A stretch of DNA of 63,880 nucleotides, the filler included, from Choristocarpus tenellus KU-1152 (Eukaryota > Protista > Phaeophyceae): assembly GCA_964200185.2 (NCBI GenBank). It is 11 parts of 11 records of this genome, joined end to end, with 100 filler letters (N's around TTAATTAATTAA, not from the genome) between each part and the next. Parts side by side here need not be neighbours in the genome. Positions count along the whole stretch, not along the records: positions 34,726 to 53,262 come from CAXNAD020000542.1; positions 53,363 to 63,880 come from CAXNAD020002881.1; 9 more parts are not named here. One strand, given 5' to 3'. Under the pieces are notes generated by a model that saw only the letters and a list, made by a program, of their open reading frames with translations, did no database searches and was not told where the DNA came from. The translations under genes were made by a program, and so were the position numbers. Shown piece by piece: positions 48,801-60,401 of this stretch; position 1 is the first letter of the stretch; each line of letters opens with the position of its first letter.

Positions 48801-51800
48801 GAGATCGAAAACCAAAGGTGTTTTTGAAGCAAGATACAGTACGTACCACCACCACAGTTACCCATACATAACACACAGTATTCTATACTTGAAGCATGAA
48901 AGCAAAATTTAGGCACAGGACTCAACGTTTTTTGTGTTCAACACTACCGTATTCTTGCAAATATAGTGGTCAACATTCAACAAGGCCTACATGCATGCAC
49001 TCCTAGTACCACCCCCTCCAACCTTTCAATTGAGCTGAACATCCTTCTCACATAACATACAAATACTCAACACATGTCATACATCAACACATCAACACAT
49101 CAACAACACACCTGCTCAGACAAGGACTCTGCAACCGCACTGGCAAACGATAAGTACTTAGAGAATGATTGATAGTCATCCATACTCGCACTCAGGTACG
49201 CCAAGCACATATAGCCTCTCAAAACCTTCAAAAGGAGGGACAGGTGAGGATCAGCACCAGAAAAAGATATTCAGGTGCATCATGCAAGCATAGGTTAGAC
49301 AAATGATATTCAGTCAATTCAGCAAGCATGCTGGGTGAAGGGGTAAGGCTTAGGGCAATAAGCAGAATAAGTAGCAGGTACAAGTCCTTAGAAGAAAAGG
49401 CAAATATGAGTTAGTTGTAGCAGGTGTCCCTTCCACGCTTTGCTCATTGCGGGGTTGCCCTTCACTGCTGTACTACATGGCTACAGTTTTTGACATAGTG
49501 CACACAAGGAATTGTGGATACTGTACCCTGTACGTAGGGCCAGACATCCTTGTCAAGCAAGCTTATGACCAAAGTGATCCCACTTTCTGCATATGATACT
49601 TACGCCCCTTTACCCTAATGTTAGGAAGTCATACTTCTATTTGTTAATGGTCAGTCACACTATTTCACATGAGGCACCTCAAGACAGTATCTCCCAAGTA
49701 GTCAAGCTTCTCACCTTGACAGCTCCACATGCCCTTAAAACCAAATGATCCAAAAAAGGATCGAATTAACATCCCACCAGCATATGATATCAGTACCTCT
49801 CATGTCAGGGAGCCACCCCTACCTATGGCGGGGGGCATCGCATCTTAGAGTCTGGTACAGTTAAGATGCATCAAGCGATTACTACGTACAACAAATCAGG
49901 AGCCCCACAACCCCAGCACAATAGAACTCTCCGCTCACATCCTCTGACACATGATCAAAGCAGATTGTCATCGCTTCCCTTGCTCTGGCTGCATAGAGTT
50001 GAGTGTCTTCCACAGACAAGCCACTTAAGAGAGCACCCATCCCAATTCCAGCCCAAAGGCATCCAATTGCTGCCGACAGTCTCGTTTTCCTCTTTTTCCA
50101 TTCAGTCTCCTCCACTACCTGTGCTGAACCTCTCCCTCTACAGTCACCAAAGGTATTGTATCCCCCAAGCTTATTATGGTCAGGTAACCCTTCGAATATT
50201 TCTGGCCCTAGGGACCCTCCACTGAGGACATGTATAATTGCACCCCTAAGCTTATCCTGCCCAGCGGGTCGGGTACAGAGAGACGTAAGTGCAGGGGATT
50301 GGAGAGAGAATTGGGGTGAAAGGGGGGATAGCACAGCAATAGGGACAGCACTTGGTGTGCTCAGGAGGAATGTGTACAGTTCAATCAGGCAAACACGTGA
50401 TGTCAGGGGCGCACCTCCCTTTCCTTCCAGATGTCATGCTCCGATTGGAGCTTCCCGTTCCTAACCCCAAGCCCCACTCCATGCCAAACCACACAGCCTC
50501 ATAACCTTCCACTGCATGCTAAAACCAACTGGAATCTCACAACCATCGCAACAACTGACATACCCACACCCACCTCCTGCACAGCTACAACACAACCCAA
50601 GCTGCTGACAAAGGCGTTGAGGTAATGGTTCTCGACAAGGCCAACCAAGCCAGTAGCTCCAGATGGAGACAGGTGAGCACCTGCAGTAGGTGATCGTCTT
50701 TGACACTTTCATGTTTTTTGCAAAATGACAACAGTGGTGACTAAAGTTAGGGACTCTTGGCGTGAGTCACTTCAGATTGGGGAGGGACGTATAAACCATT
50801 CCATCGTTGGGAAAGGAGGAGGTACCATTCAAGAGTCTGGGTAGGAACCCTTGCAGTCAGCATGGATAACCATCACTACCGGCCAAGACATGAACGGATC
50901 AATGTGACAACAAAGGTTAGGTGTCAAAAGTACCCGACAAAGCATTCACTCCTAGTATCTTGCAAGGACCCCAAGCTTGAAGATGCTGTCGTTCTGAGGA
51001 CTAAAATTTATGAAAAGGCAAACTCAATGTTGTCATAAAGCAACGTCACACACCTATCACTCAACTGAACATGGGGGACAGGAATGTAGGGAAAAACAGA
51101 AAAAAACCTTTCACCCACTATCACACTGTCTTCAAAAGAGCACACCCTCTGGCATAAACACCTCTTGATGACCTCTCAGTAACAGAGAGCATATTTGAGA
51201 GAGGGAACTACCCAGAATCAAAACGCCAGTGTACTTGTGGGATGACATTGCAATAGAAGGATACATGAAAGATAACATCTCCCACCCAATGAGACCTCAC
51301 AGAGGTACATCATAACAGCAACTTGAACCTGTTACAATCCATAAGTGAAACAAGTACTCACATTACAAACCTGTAGCCCTGCAGCATCAATTTTCCTCTT
51401 CTGCTTGGACTGGGGCTGGGCCTGGGGCTTGAACTTGGGCTTGGGTCCTCTGATTTGAGGCATAGATAACAAGGGAGATTGTAGGGTAAGGGAGACTTTA
51501 GGGGAGGAGAGACCTCACAAACCACAGCAGAGAGCAAACGGACACTAAACTGTTTGCGAAAATAAGGTTATCATTCACATCCACCCTTATCTTTCTTGCA
51601 AGTGGGGAGAAAAAAAAAAGAAAAAAGCTACTGCATAGGAAAACACTTGGTGAAGCTAAGGTATGACCACTGCATAATTCCTGTCTCGGGCAAAGTCTTG
51701 TTGCGTCTAGAGAGCTGCCTAGCAAAACATCTTTTCTGTCTCAAAAGTAACAGCTGGCAATCATCTAACCGAAAGGAATAAAAAGGAATTTCAACTGCAG

Positions 51801-53054
51801 TAATAGAAACAAAAAAATGTTTGCTTTCAACGGTGGAAAGTGTGCACAAACTTGAGGAACTGCTGGGAAATCACTTTCTCATCCGTACCAAGATCTTTGG
51901 TAAGGATCTGGGACTTCAGTGTCTGAGAAATTTGACAGCAGGCCTAGGATTCTGATTTTGAATATGTTACTTAGAGCGTGCACTTCGCCACGTTTTGAGT
52001 ATTGAATACAGACGTCCATGTACTGCACCAGATCGCACGATCACTTGAAACGAACCGTTTAGCCCAGACCTGTAGCGTTCAGCAACATCAGTGCACAGAA
52101 CAACTGACCCATACCTTCTCTCTCACTCAGCAGGGACGAATCAACGGAAGATCAGCACCAAATTTCACAAAATAGCTGTGAAGTTGTCCACGGATGACAA
52201 TACCTACCAAGCATTCACTTCACACATTAGTGCACCAACAAACATTAGATCATCCATCTCTCTCTGCAACATTTCAGTCTTCAACCCGTCCACTGAGTTT
52301 AAGCTGGACTCAACCTTCCCCCTTCTTTCATATCACAGCATTGCCTACAAAAAGAGGTCACCTTCCCTCGTAATCAGCACTACAATTACCCAGGACGAGG
52401 GCAGCTTACTACTTTAGACTCAACATTGCACACAGCGTTGTGTTACTAGGTCTCCTGTCCAAGGAGATGTACACCGGTCATGTATGACAGGATCAGAAAG
52501 ATTAGTGTGACTCGGCCTCTCTCATAAAGATAGTCAATCGGCCTCCACTATATAAAATTAATGTACCCCACCTTCGCTCCTTGGCACTATATAAGCATGC
52601 GATCCCCCTAACACGGCACGCTCTACAAGGTTCTTGCCCATCTCCATCGCAACGCCTGTGTCAATTAGATCACGAGTACCGGAATCGTGAGCATGGGAAT
52701 ACGGGCAGGCGAGATGATCAGCTTGACACTTCGTGCACCCTATAGCAGGCAAGGCGAGGCTGTCCTATATAGGTGTAACATGCGACTATGTGCTTCCAAA
52801 GGGACAGTGTGTCCACATGTCAGACTGGGGAGGTCACAGGCCGCGGACGTACGGAAGAAAACATGATAATAACCACTTTCTAAGGCCCACCGACAAACTC
52901 ATGTGAATAGTGCAGAATATTGGGAATGGGAGACTAACTTCTTGTTGGAGAAGCAGAGGTCACATGACTTCCGCAACTTGCTCGTCGACTTTGGGCCATT
53001 TCCCTGATTAGCGAGCTCTGGAAGCAGGCCATCCCTTGTTGAGACTCTAGCCAT
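39762..53054 (-). CDS. Zn(II)2Cys6 (Gal4-type) zinc-cluster transcription factor gene, multi-exon; 3' end not located
   Basis: Spliced exons 1-3 give CDLCFSNKKRCDGDGQEPCRACRVRGIACLYSAKERRGPKPK (C-X2-C-X6-C-X7-C-X2-C-X6-C); most downstream exons are GT-AG bounded and phase-compatible. Confidence 0.88.
41970..42248 (-). CDS. Zn2Cys6 TF exon (AMHQALLRC…VDDIGE)
   Basis: 93 open codons, cag and gtgagt boundaries. Confidence 0.72.
43144..43216 (-). CDS. Zn2Cys6 TF exon (RCDPIPSYGHGLDLLCKCSHFGCQ)
   Basis: cag/gt boundaries, phases compatible on both sides. Confidence 0.75.
43608..43718 (-). CDS. Zn2Cys6 TF exon (NPGTHHWNHWTMGLLEAANLEKSYNTLANQISSLKM)
   Basis: cag and gtaagt boundaries, phase 2 at both ends. 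Confidence 0.75.
44000..44139 (-). CDS. Zn2Cys6 TF exon (…GNSDKALRRLWQMVELIDSVPGLMR)
   Basis: Open frame; 3' phase fits the next exon; acceptor position uncertain. Confidence 0.65.
44654..44762 (-). CDS. Possible Zn2Cys6 TF exon (VYNLERLHVARG…AIPNAI)
   Basis: cag and gtaaat boundaries, one open frame; phase join to the next exon is unresolved. Confidence 0.4.
45007..45092. repeat. 42-bp perfect tandem duplication
   Basis: AAAACAAATTCAAACAGTTTACCCCTGACTGGCACAAGAAAC x2. Confidence 0.9.
45421..45475 (-). CDS. Possible Zn2Cys6 TF exon (CIPPTSAIHIEDVSLAAD)
   Basis: Strong gtaagt donor; phase fits 44654-44762. Confidence 0.4.
46627..47091 (-). CDS. Probable Zn2Cys6 TF exon, low-complexity linker
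   Basis: 155 open codons, tag and gtgagt boundaries, phase 0. Confidence 0.7.
47661..47732 (-). CDS. Probable Zn2Cys6 TF exon (FQLEIFKAIGHYVFVTEIELPHNA)
   Basis: Phase 0, donor gtaagg. Confidence 0.5.
49112..49225 (-). CDS. Zn2Cys6 TF exon 6 (VLRGYMCLAYLSASMDDYQSFSKYLSFASAVAESLSEQ)
   Basis: Phase 0, AG/GT bounded, helical continuation of exon 5. Confidence 0.8.
49939..50256 (-). CDS. Zn2Cys6 TF exon 5 (DKLRGAIIHVL…CLWAGIGMGALLSG…YAARAREAMTICFD)
   Basis: 106 open codons with cag and gtgag boundaries; resembles the middle homology region of zinc-cluster factors. Confidence 0.85.
50574..50705 (-). CDS. Zn2Cys6 TF exon 4 (…LSPSGATGLVGLVENHYLNAFVSSLG…)
   Basis: Phase 0; ATGLVGxxEN motif recalled from brown-algal zinc-cluster proteins; acceptor chosen by phase. 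Confidence 0.75.
51371..51449 (-). CDS. Zn2Cys6 TF exon 3 (GPKPKFKPQAQPQSKQKRKIDAAGLQ)
   Basis: RRGPKPK linker typical after zinc clusters; basic NLS-like KQKRK. Confidence 0.85.
52572..52655 (-). CDS. Zn2Cys6 TF exon 2 (RCDGDGQEPCRACRVRGIACLYSAKER)
   Basis: cag/gt boundaries, phase 2 at both ends; remaining four Cys. Confidence 0.92.
52939..53054 (-). CDS. Zn2Cys6 TF exon 1 (MARVSTRDG...KLRKSCDLCFSNK)
   Basis: ATG at 53054; donor gttagt; first Cys pair. Confidence 0.9.
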
Positions 53055-53262
53055 CACCACTGTCGACGCTGTTGACGCAGAGAAAATTTGTGTTTTGTTG
53101 CAAATGGGGAGGTGTTAAAAGTTCGGGTTGATTGCAATCTTGTGAGGTCGTTCTTTGATGAACACAATATCTCAACCAAATACAAGTGAGAGTTTATGAA
53201 GTAAACTGAGTTTTATGGGCGGGAGAATTCTGGTTGGCTGGGGGCACAGGACAAGAATGTGG

Positions 53263-53362
53263 NNNNNNNNNNNNNNNNNNNNNNNNNNNNNNNNNNNNNN
53301 NNNNNNTTAATTAATTAANNNNNNNNNNNNNNNNNNNNNNNNNNNNNNNNNNNNNNNNNNNN
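53263..53362. other. Artificial contig linker
   Basis: Same 100-bp spacer. Confidence 0.99.
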
Positions 53363-56300
53363 TAAGACAGTTTTCGCAAAACAACCTTCCTCATAGTCCC
53401 GCTCCTGCCTCAATTTTGAAAATCCACAGTTATAGGAAGGAAGGTACGAGGAGGCAGTGACATTATAGATGTGCAACTTCGATTAGTTACTACATAGAAT
53501 GGATGCAGTGTAGAGTACCTCTGTTATGTGCGGTAATACTCCTCAGTCCAAACGTGAACCGTAACAATAACGATATTGTCAATAGTGTTGACGATTAGGT
53601 GAGGTGGAAAATCCTTACAAAATTTGAGCAATTTCGCAACCATTTTCTCTAAATATACAACAAAAAATACATTCTCAGAAGTAGGTTGCGACAATGAGGT
53701 TCCAGGTAGGTTTGGTCTTTTCTGTTCCTTGTATCATTCGTATTAAATTGCAACAGAAAAGGATATGTGATGAAAGTAAGAAAAAAGAACAAAAAATATG
53801 GAAAAAACGTGGCGGAAGAAACTCCAACCCAACCAGAAGTGATTCAACCACCAGGTAGCAGGTATACGAATCTATGGATCGTATGTTACAGGACCAAGAC
53901 CCACAATGCACAACAATGATAATCATGAATTTATTGAAAGTGACAGACGATACCCACCTAGTAGAATATATAAATAATACTATGAAGTGCTAAAATACAA
54001 AACATAAAAACACTCCTCCTGTGTGTATGTAGGAACAAAAATAAATCATTTTTTCTCCCTTCCTTCCCCAGCATACCGTACAGCAAGCCTGCCTGGCCAT
54101 ACCCTTTAACAACAAGAACTGATTGCTTGCTGCTGCCGTTGCTGCGACACCACACCACTTACTAGACCACATACTTTTATAGGCTGAGTGACTCAAGGTT
54201 TCCGACACCAAACCTCAAGTCGCAATGTGGGCAAGACTGCTGCTAGTATGACGAACCTGAGCTACCATTTCTCCAACTAACTTTCGAGCACCTCCAGTAG
54301 TCATTCATGTCTCCATGGATGACTGTTTATCTAGATGGATGAAAAAGCCCATCATACCGTAAAGAGAGGTGAATAAGGGCAGCTTGTTGCTCAGGGGCAT
54401 ATGACCGTGATCAACTGAATAATAACACTGGTCACCTGCCTGGCCTTGCTGAGACGAACAGTCTGCCCCGATTCAACACCTTCTCTATCACACCCAACGA
54501 CCTAGCTTGAACAGAATATACTCTGTTGCCTCAACTACCTGCTCATCTCTCAACCAGACCCTGGCCTCATCCGTAACATGATGATCACCCATACTTTGAA
54601 CCTGTACCATAGCGGTGTATTGATATCCTCAGTCTGATTTCCCACTCAATTTGCCCACAATTTGCAGGAAGCAGGCCAAGCAAAAGGAATAAGGGAGGAG
54701 CGATAGGGTTCCTCAAGCGGGAGATGATTCTTGATCACCCACGAGGGCTACATTGGCGAGTATGATCGCTGACAGAGTGAATACCAACGAGCTCTTGCGG
54801 GACGGAGTGAGAACTGAGAAGTGAGAACTTGGACATCATGACCATATTTTCCATCTTTTTCTCCACTCTATTGGACACTACAAAGGAATCCGAGCGAACG
54901 GTACAACACATGCTTGGTGCATGCTGAGAACATTGTGACTGCTTGCCATTTACACCAACTTACCACACCCACATCTCCTTAGTAGTTAATGTTACAGGCG
55001 GGCGTAGGAAGCTACAAAGAATCCTAAGTGTTGAGGTGAATACGGAGTATTCTCTCCAGTTTGAAGAGATGCGGTAGGACCTCCACGTTACAGGGTGGAA
55101 GTCTCGGTAGGACCTTCATGTTACAGCGTGCCCCTCAGAACTCACTTCCACAGGATATGCAACTCAAATCCAACGACCTGAAAATGACGCTATGTGGGGG
55201 TCCACAGATGATAACCACGTACGGTGTCAGCTTGATGTTTAGCTCAGTCAATGTTTCGCTTTTCGTTTTGTCGAAAGAGGTAAGCAATCAAACGAACTGA
55301 GGGTGTGGTGATCCGCATCAGCCTTTTATTAACAGCATTCACCATTTTTCTACAGCCAAAGAGTTAAATGAAGTCTGCAAACTGCTAAATTGATACTTCA
55401 ATCATATATCTTTATTCTGCAACTTTCAGGAATTGGCAATTATTCTGTAAGGTTATGTGCGCATTTCAAATATTACTCTGCATCTTCTATCAATTCAAAG
55501 TTCCTCCTACGTGAATTCTTACGTATGTATACTGTTCGTGCATTTTGGCACGCAGAAAGAAATGCTCGCGCTATTCGCCTGTAACAGTAATGCTGCCATG
55601 TGCTGTAGGTGTGCTTGTCTAAAGGTCTATTATGCCTTCCTTCTATTTTTCTCCTCATTCTACCTTTCATTTTTTGTTGTCCTTCCAATTTATTTTGGAG
55701 TGTATCCATCTTCACCACTAGGCAATCTGTTGGAGACTGATACCGAGGTTTCAATAGAGGGTGGTGGTGGTGGTAAAATACGTTGTGCGAAAAGTGAAGC
55801 CTAAGTACATCATAGGTCATTGACAATACATGTAGCTTGCCACAGTCACTCGCACATAGTAGTGGTCTAGGTGTGCACCATAGTATAGAGATGTAACTTG
55901 GGTCTATGCCTTCTCTTTCACTCTTCTTTAGATATTTTTTCATTTGTTTTTTATTATTGTGCTCCTACCCGACTTAACCCAAATTCGAGCTGTGAATGGA
56001 GGCCACTCTGGTGAACTTTGACTGGTTTTTCCCTTCTTTTTAGGAATTGGACGCTGGTGCCTGTGCTGGTGTTTGATAGGTTCACCTGCTGGCTGAAGCG
56101 AGCAACAGTCATTGTTGTTGTGTCTGAGTCCCCCAGTTATCTTTTTTTCATCTTTTTTCTCACACATTTGTTCCATTCATCGCTTCGTCTTATATACAAG
56201 GCATGAAAACCAATTGTTAGACGAACAGTTGAACCGTTAATAGTATTGTGTTAAGATCATCTTTCTTTTTCATACACCACAACTGAACTTGTATCTACCT

Positions 56301-57499
56301 CTCACGACAAAAGTACATAATCACAGATAGATGTCCCTTTTCTCGTCAGATAAACTACTCATCCAGTCTCGTCCAAAAAAAGTGCTTTTTTTTTTCTCAT
56401 GAACGACATACGCTCTTTCTGTATTAGATACAGTAGTATTTGATAAGAATAGTCACTATTATATTCCCACATTTCAAGTCCGATCTAATAGCACCCGTTT
56501 TCAGAGAGGGACAGTGCTCTTGCACGAATGGTATGACTTAGGAAGGGACCAAACGTCCTCTATCTACAGTATGATGCAATAATTGTGCCTGCCATAATTG
56601 CAAAGATTGAACTACCTTTTTCTCAACTAATCTGAAGTACTTGATTGCCACATGAACTTGATTCTAGGTCTACTTCGTCCCAACACACCATGCACAACTG
56701 ACCACGAACACTTTAATTCAAAATACTTGCTTTGTTTCCTCTACCCTACCAACTTCATTGGCACGTGAACCAACTAGAACAGTTTGTCCCTCCCATCTAC
56801 ATCTCTGCTGGTTTTTTGTTGGGGTTACTATTTGCCTCAAGCAATTGATATGCTGTTGGCAATTGTGTGTATGAAGTGAATGTGCGGAATATCAATACAC
56901 AACACTGGGATGAAGTAAATGCCCACAGACCATGTTATTCAGGGGTACTATGTGTGAATGAATGTCATCAAGGCTTCTGCTTTGTAACATACATTCCTCG
57001 AAGCAAGCAAACATTTGCGTACAAAACTCCCTGTTTGCCGCAGAGGAGGTTGGCCTGGTTCTCATATGCTCAATCTACCAAGAAAGGTTTGTTAGCCCCT
57101 TGTGTTGAGGCGGTATGTGGCATGTCCTTCTTGCATGATCAAGAGGAGTCAATATCTGTTTGTACTACATCGCCTCCAAGAATGAACTTGGAGTTTAATT
57201 TTTAAAACTTGAAACTCTCATGGTGGAAACTTGCCATTGGTGAGACACACTACACTGCTTTAATAAAAAATGACTTCTTGCCACTGACATCCTATAAGCT
57301 TAGCCTGAACAGTGTTACAAGTAAACAAAGATGGCATCGAAGAAATGCGCTAATGCTTTCAATAGATTCTTGCCGACAGATCTGACCAAAAACAAACGCA
57401 GTACACAGCAACTACCCTACTGTCTGAAGGAGGAAATTCTTGAAAAAGGATTCTCAAGGGTTACTACTACAACAATAACAGACTTGCATCATCATGGGA

Positions 57500-57592
57500 T
57501 CAAGTGTCCTTGTCGAGGATGGTATGGTCAGAAAGGGTGCTGATATCCCTTGAGAGCTCATCATCGTCGTCATCCGGAGCATTATGAATAAT
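57500..57592 (-). CDS. ANO: Anoctamin/TMEM16 probable terminal exon (IIHNAPDDDDDELSRDISTLSDHTILDKDT*)
   Basis: cag acceptor, phase 0 after …NEFLISK, ends in TGA. Confidence 0.7.
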   Translation of the reverse strand: MIHNAPDDDDDELSRDISTLSDHTILDKDT

Positions 57593-58189
57593 CTGTTGCA
57601 GTGTTGCAAACATAGGGTTGGGACTAATCTGTTCAAGATTCAACTCATGAGGTATGGTGAAAGAGACCAGCAATCAACAGATGCATTAAGAGAGGAAGGA
57701 TGGAAAGGTCTCACATGGAGAAGGAAATAGAACTTACTATGGAGTGTGTGATATTTCCTTCAAAGATAACCACAAAAACTCAGACAATTTATGGCACACA
57801 TACACCAGCTGTGCCTACAATTCCACAGATCAGTGGTCGTGGAGTACATGCAATGCAGAGTTGCACATGACAATTGGCCAGTAAAAAATCCAAGAAACAG
57901 TGAAACTGGAGTGAATTGTTGAGTGACTGCATGTAAATAAGTGGAGGAACTTATGCATATATGAATAAACTTGTTGCAGTGCTTCAAGAATAAATAATAT
58001 AGCATTAACATGTCGCTTGTTGTCATGGATGGGGAGAAAGAAATGTACAAGAGAACCCTGTGAACACCACAACAGAGTCTGTACTACTTACAACAAGGGC
58101 CTCTCAGCTACAAAAGAGTTGTATTCTATCCAACAAGAAGAAAAGAGATGACACAGCTGTGCTTCTAGACAAACACCATGCCTTCACCA

Positions 58190-58720
58190 AGGATTTACAT
58201 GTTATGATTCTGGAAACAAATTCTATTATTGGGCAAATGACATCTGCACTTTGGCTTGTAGCAAGAGTTCCACGGCGAAGGTAATCTATATTTACATGAG
58301 ATCTATAGTTTTTAATCGAAGCATTAATTGGAAATCTCCTATCCAGGGTGCATAAAACAACTCAATGTGAAGGGCGTATTACCCTAACACTTGTTGAAAG
58401 ATAGAATAATCTGGCAGGAACTCAACCCATTTTTTTTTCAGAACATGCACTATGGTGCCTAGCTAGACTGCTGTGGCTGTCACTAGAAGGAGGAGGGTGT
58501 GATGTATTTCGAAATATAGTAATAGGTATTCCTTGGCGGGCGTTATCAGGGATGATTTTGTACTGCTCTAGGCCTACACGTGTACATGATGAACAAATAT
58601 TGTTGGAATGAAATTTGTATACCCACAATGGATTATACAACAATCAATTTCTATGGATGAAGCTGTAATACAGGTTAGGAGGATATCAAGCTGCAAGCTT
58701 GTATGTCTTGTGAACATTTT
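58190..58720 (+). pseudogene. Decayed piggyBac-like transposase remnant (intronic)
   Basis: Ordered fragments ILETN…, LHEIYSF…, WIIQQSISMDEAVI resemble piggyBac ETNxYA…EIxAF…SIDEAMI; many stops. Confidence 0.45.
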
Positions 58721-58930
58721 ATTACCACAGAGAAAATGGATAATTCATCAAACTCTACGTCAAACTCATTTTGTACGTTCCTTCCCTCTACGTTAAAGAT
58801 AATTATGAGTTAAATCATTGGCGGCCTAATGAAGATTGAAACGAAAATATGTGAATGGATCATTTGGACTCAAGACGGTCGATCGTGCAAATTCTAACCC
58901 TACATACTCGGATATAAATAAAATTATGTT

Positions 58931-58937
58931 TATAAAT
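58931..58937 (+). promoter_or_regulatory. TATA-like element ~30 bp upstream of the tRNA
   Basis: TATAAAT at -30, plus CAA at about -7. Confidence 0.45.
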
Positions 58938-58960
58938 GTATATTTCCCTCACCCAAATGT

Positions 58961-59040
58961 GACCAGGTGTCCGAGCGGTCTAAGGAGCTGTGTTAAGGTC
59001 GCAGTGTGTAAGCGCGTGGGTTCGAATCCCACCCTGGTCA
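58961..59040 (+). tRNA. tRNA-Leu(AAG): tRNA-Leu, anticodon AAG
   Basis: Cloverleaf: acceptor GACCAGG/CCTGGTC + discriminator A; D arm TCC..GGA; anticodon arm CTGTG-TTAAGGT-CGCAG; long variable arm; T arm GTGGG-TTCGAAT-CCCAC. Confidence 0.95.
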
Positions 59041-59046
59041 GAGTAC

Positions 59047-59050
59047 TTTT
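59047..59050 (+). terminator. Pol III T-run terminator
   Basis: TTTT 7 nt after the tRNA. Confidence 0.55.
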
Positions 59051-59273
59051 AATTTATTTGAGTGTGAATGAGAGGGTGTCGAATTTAGGGGATGATAATG
59101 CCCGAGTTCGAACCTCGTACGAGTTGAGAGTTTCTTCGCACGAAATTTTACTTTGATATACCTCATGACAAGCTTGTTGGGGAGGCGCACCTGTACCTTA
59201 TTATCTTGCGCTAAACCACAAAAAGGGACCCGAAAGATCTGGAACGTGATGGAGAAAGTCTATTCCGGGCGGG

Positions 59274-59331
59274 ACGAGTACGCACGAGTACGCACGAGTA
59301 CGCACGAGTACGCACGAGTATGCACCAAGTA
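59274..59331. repeat. 10-bp tandem repeat (ACGAGTACGC) x~5
   Basis: Directly visible. Confidence 0.9.
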
Positions 59332-60401
59332 CTCAACAATTTTCAGAGATGGACTGATGAACCGTGGGACTGTGCAACCCAATGCCCGAGAAAAAAATCA
59401 AGACACTCAGAGAGCAGTGCAATGTATTAGTTGTAGTGCAACAGTTGGTTCGTAGGGTAGAAATACTAATGTAGCGTGCACTTCCATATCTGCCTACCGA
59501 TCAAGGGCCAGGTGAAGTTTCCAGACTACAAGCGAGCGAACAATAGTAACACAAATAACAATAATGATACTGACAATATTTGAATAGTAGTAACAATAGC
59601 AATGATAGTAACAATCTCACCCCCCACCCACCATTATTTTTTGTCACATTAGCCTGAGGGATACCAGAAACGTGATCAAAAAGGTTGTCTAAAGTAGGTA
59701 TCCCATGCTGCTTGAGGAAGGCAATGAGGTCTTCAAAAAGAAAAAAAGCAATGTAGATAAAGAAGAAATAAAAATAAAAAGAGAAGAAACACTTTCTGAA
59801 TCACTTCAGAGAGGATAATGTGAAGGTTGTGTTTGGGGCATGGCACAAAAGGCGATTTTACGTGGAAAATACACAATCAATGTTAGGGATAGAGCTATTA
59901 GTAGGAGACATGGTAGAAATAGCAGCATATGCATCCATTCCTACTAAAACCGACATAACATTTTTTTTTCCTCTGTTAAATTGTGGAAACTTTAATTCTA
60001 TTCCTGACCACTACTTATTCTCAAACAAATTGTCTTCAAATTCAAGGCAACATCTCATGATCTTCGAATAAACAAATTCTGATGTTCCGATAACGGCTTT
60101 GTTGAAAAAACTATATTTAGAAAAAGAAAATATCTGGTGGACAGAAATGGGAGAACTAAACTGAACAGATTTCTCACTTTTCTCTGGCAAAAAATTTGGG
60201 CCAAAAAGCAGTCATATGAGGAAAAGTTTTCACTTGTCATCATTGGGAAGAGGACTTACGCCAGTGGAAAGAATAGCCTTGATTTTTTTTTTTGAGAAAT
60301 ATGATACCCTTGTCCAGGTAAGATCCTCTGCCTTCTCAATCTTGGCGAGGTTGGCAATGCAACAGGACTTCAGTCAGGTTTGACCCGTTGTGTTTACTGA
60401 C

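Noticed and set aside
48669-48810. Extra Zn2Cys6 exon (ISCPFVTILIRF…FPCPS), and 41532-41722
   Set aside because: Open frames, but I found no convincing phase-compatible AG acceptor; RNA-seq is needed.
52558-52752. ORF with CTKCQADHLAC as the zinc cluster
   Set aside because: Wrong frame and partly intronic; the true cluster is in another frame at 52572-52655.
2869-53362. Recurrent TTAATTAATTAA palindrome within N runs
   Set aside because: It is a synthetic contig spacer, not biology.
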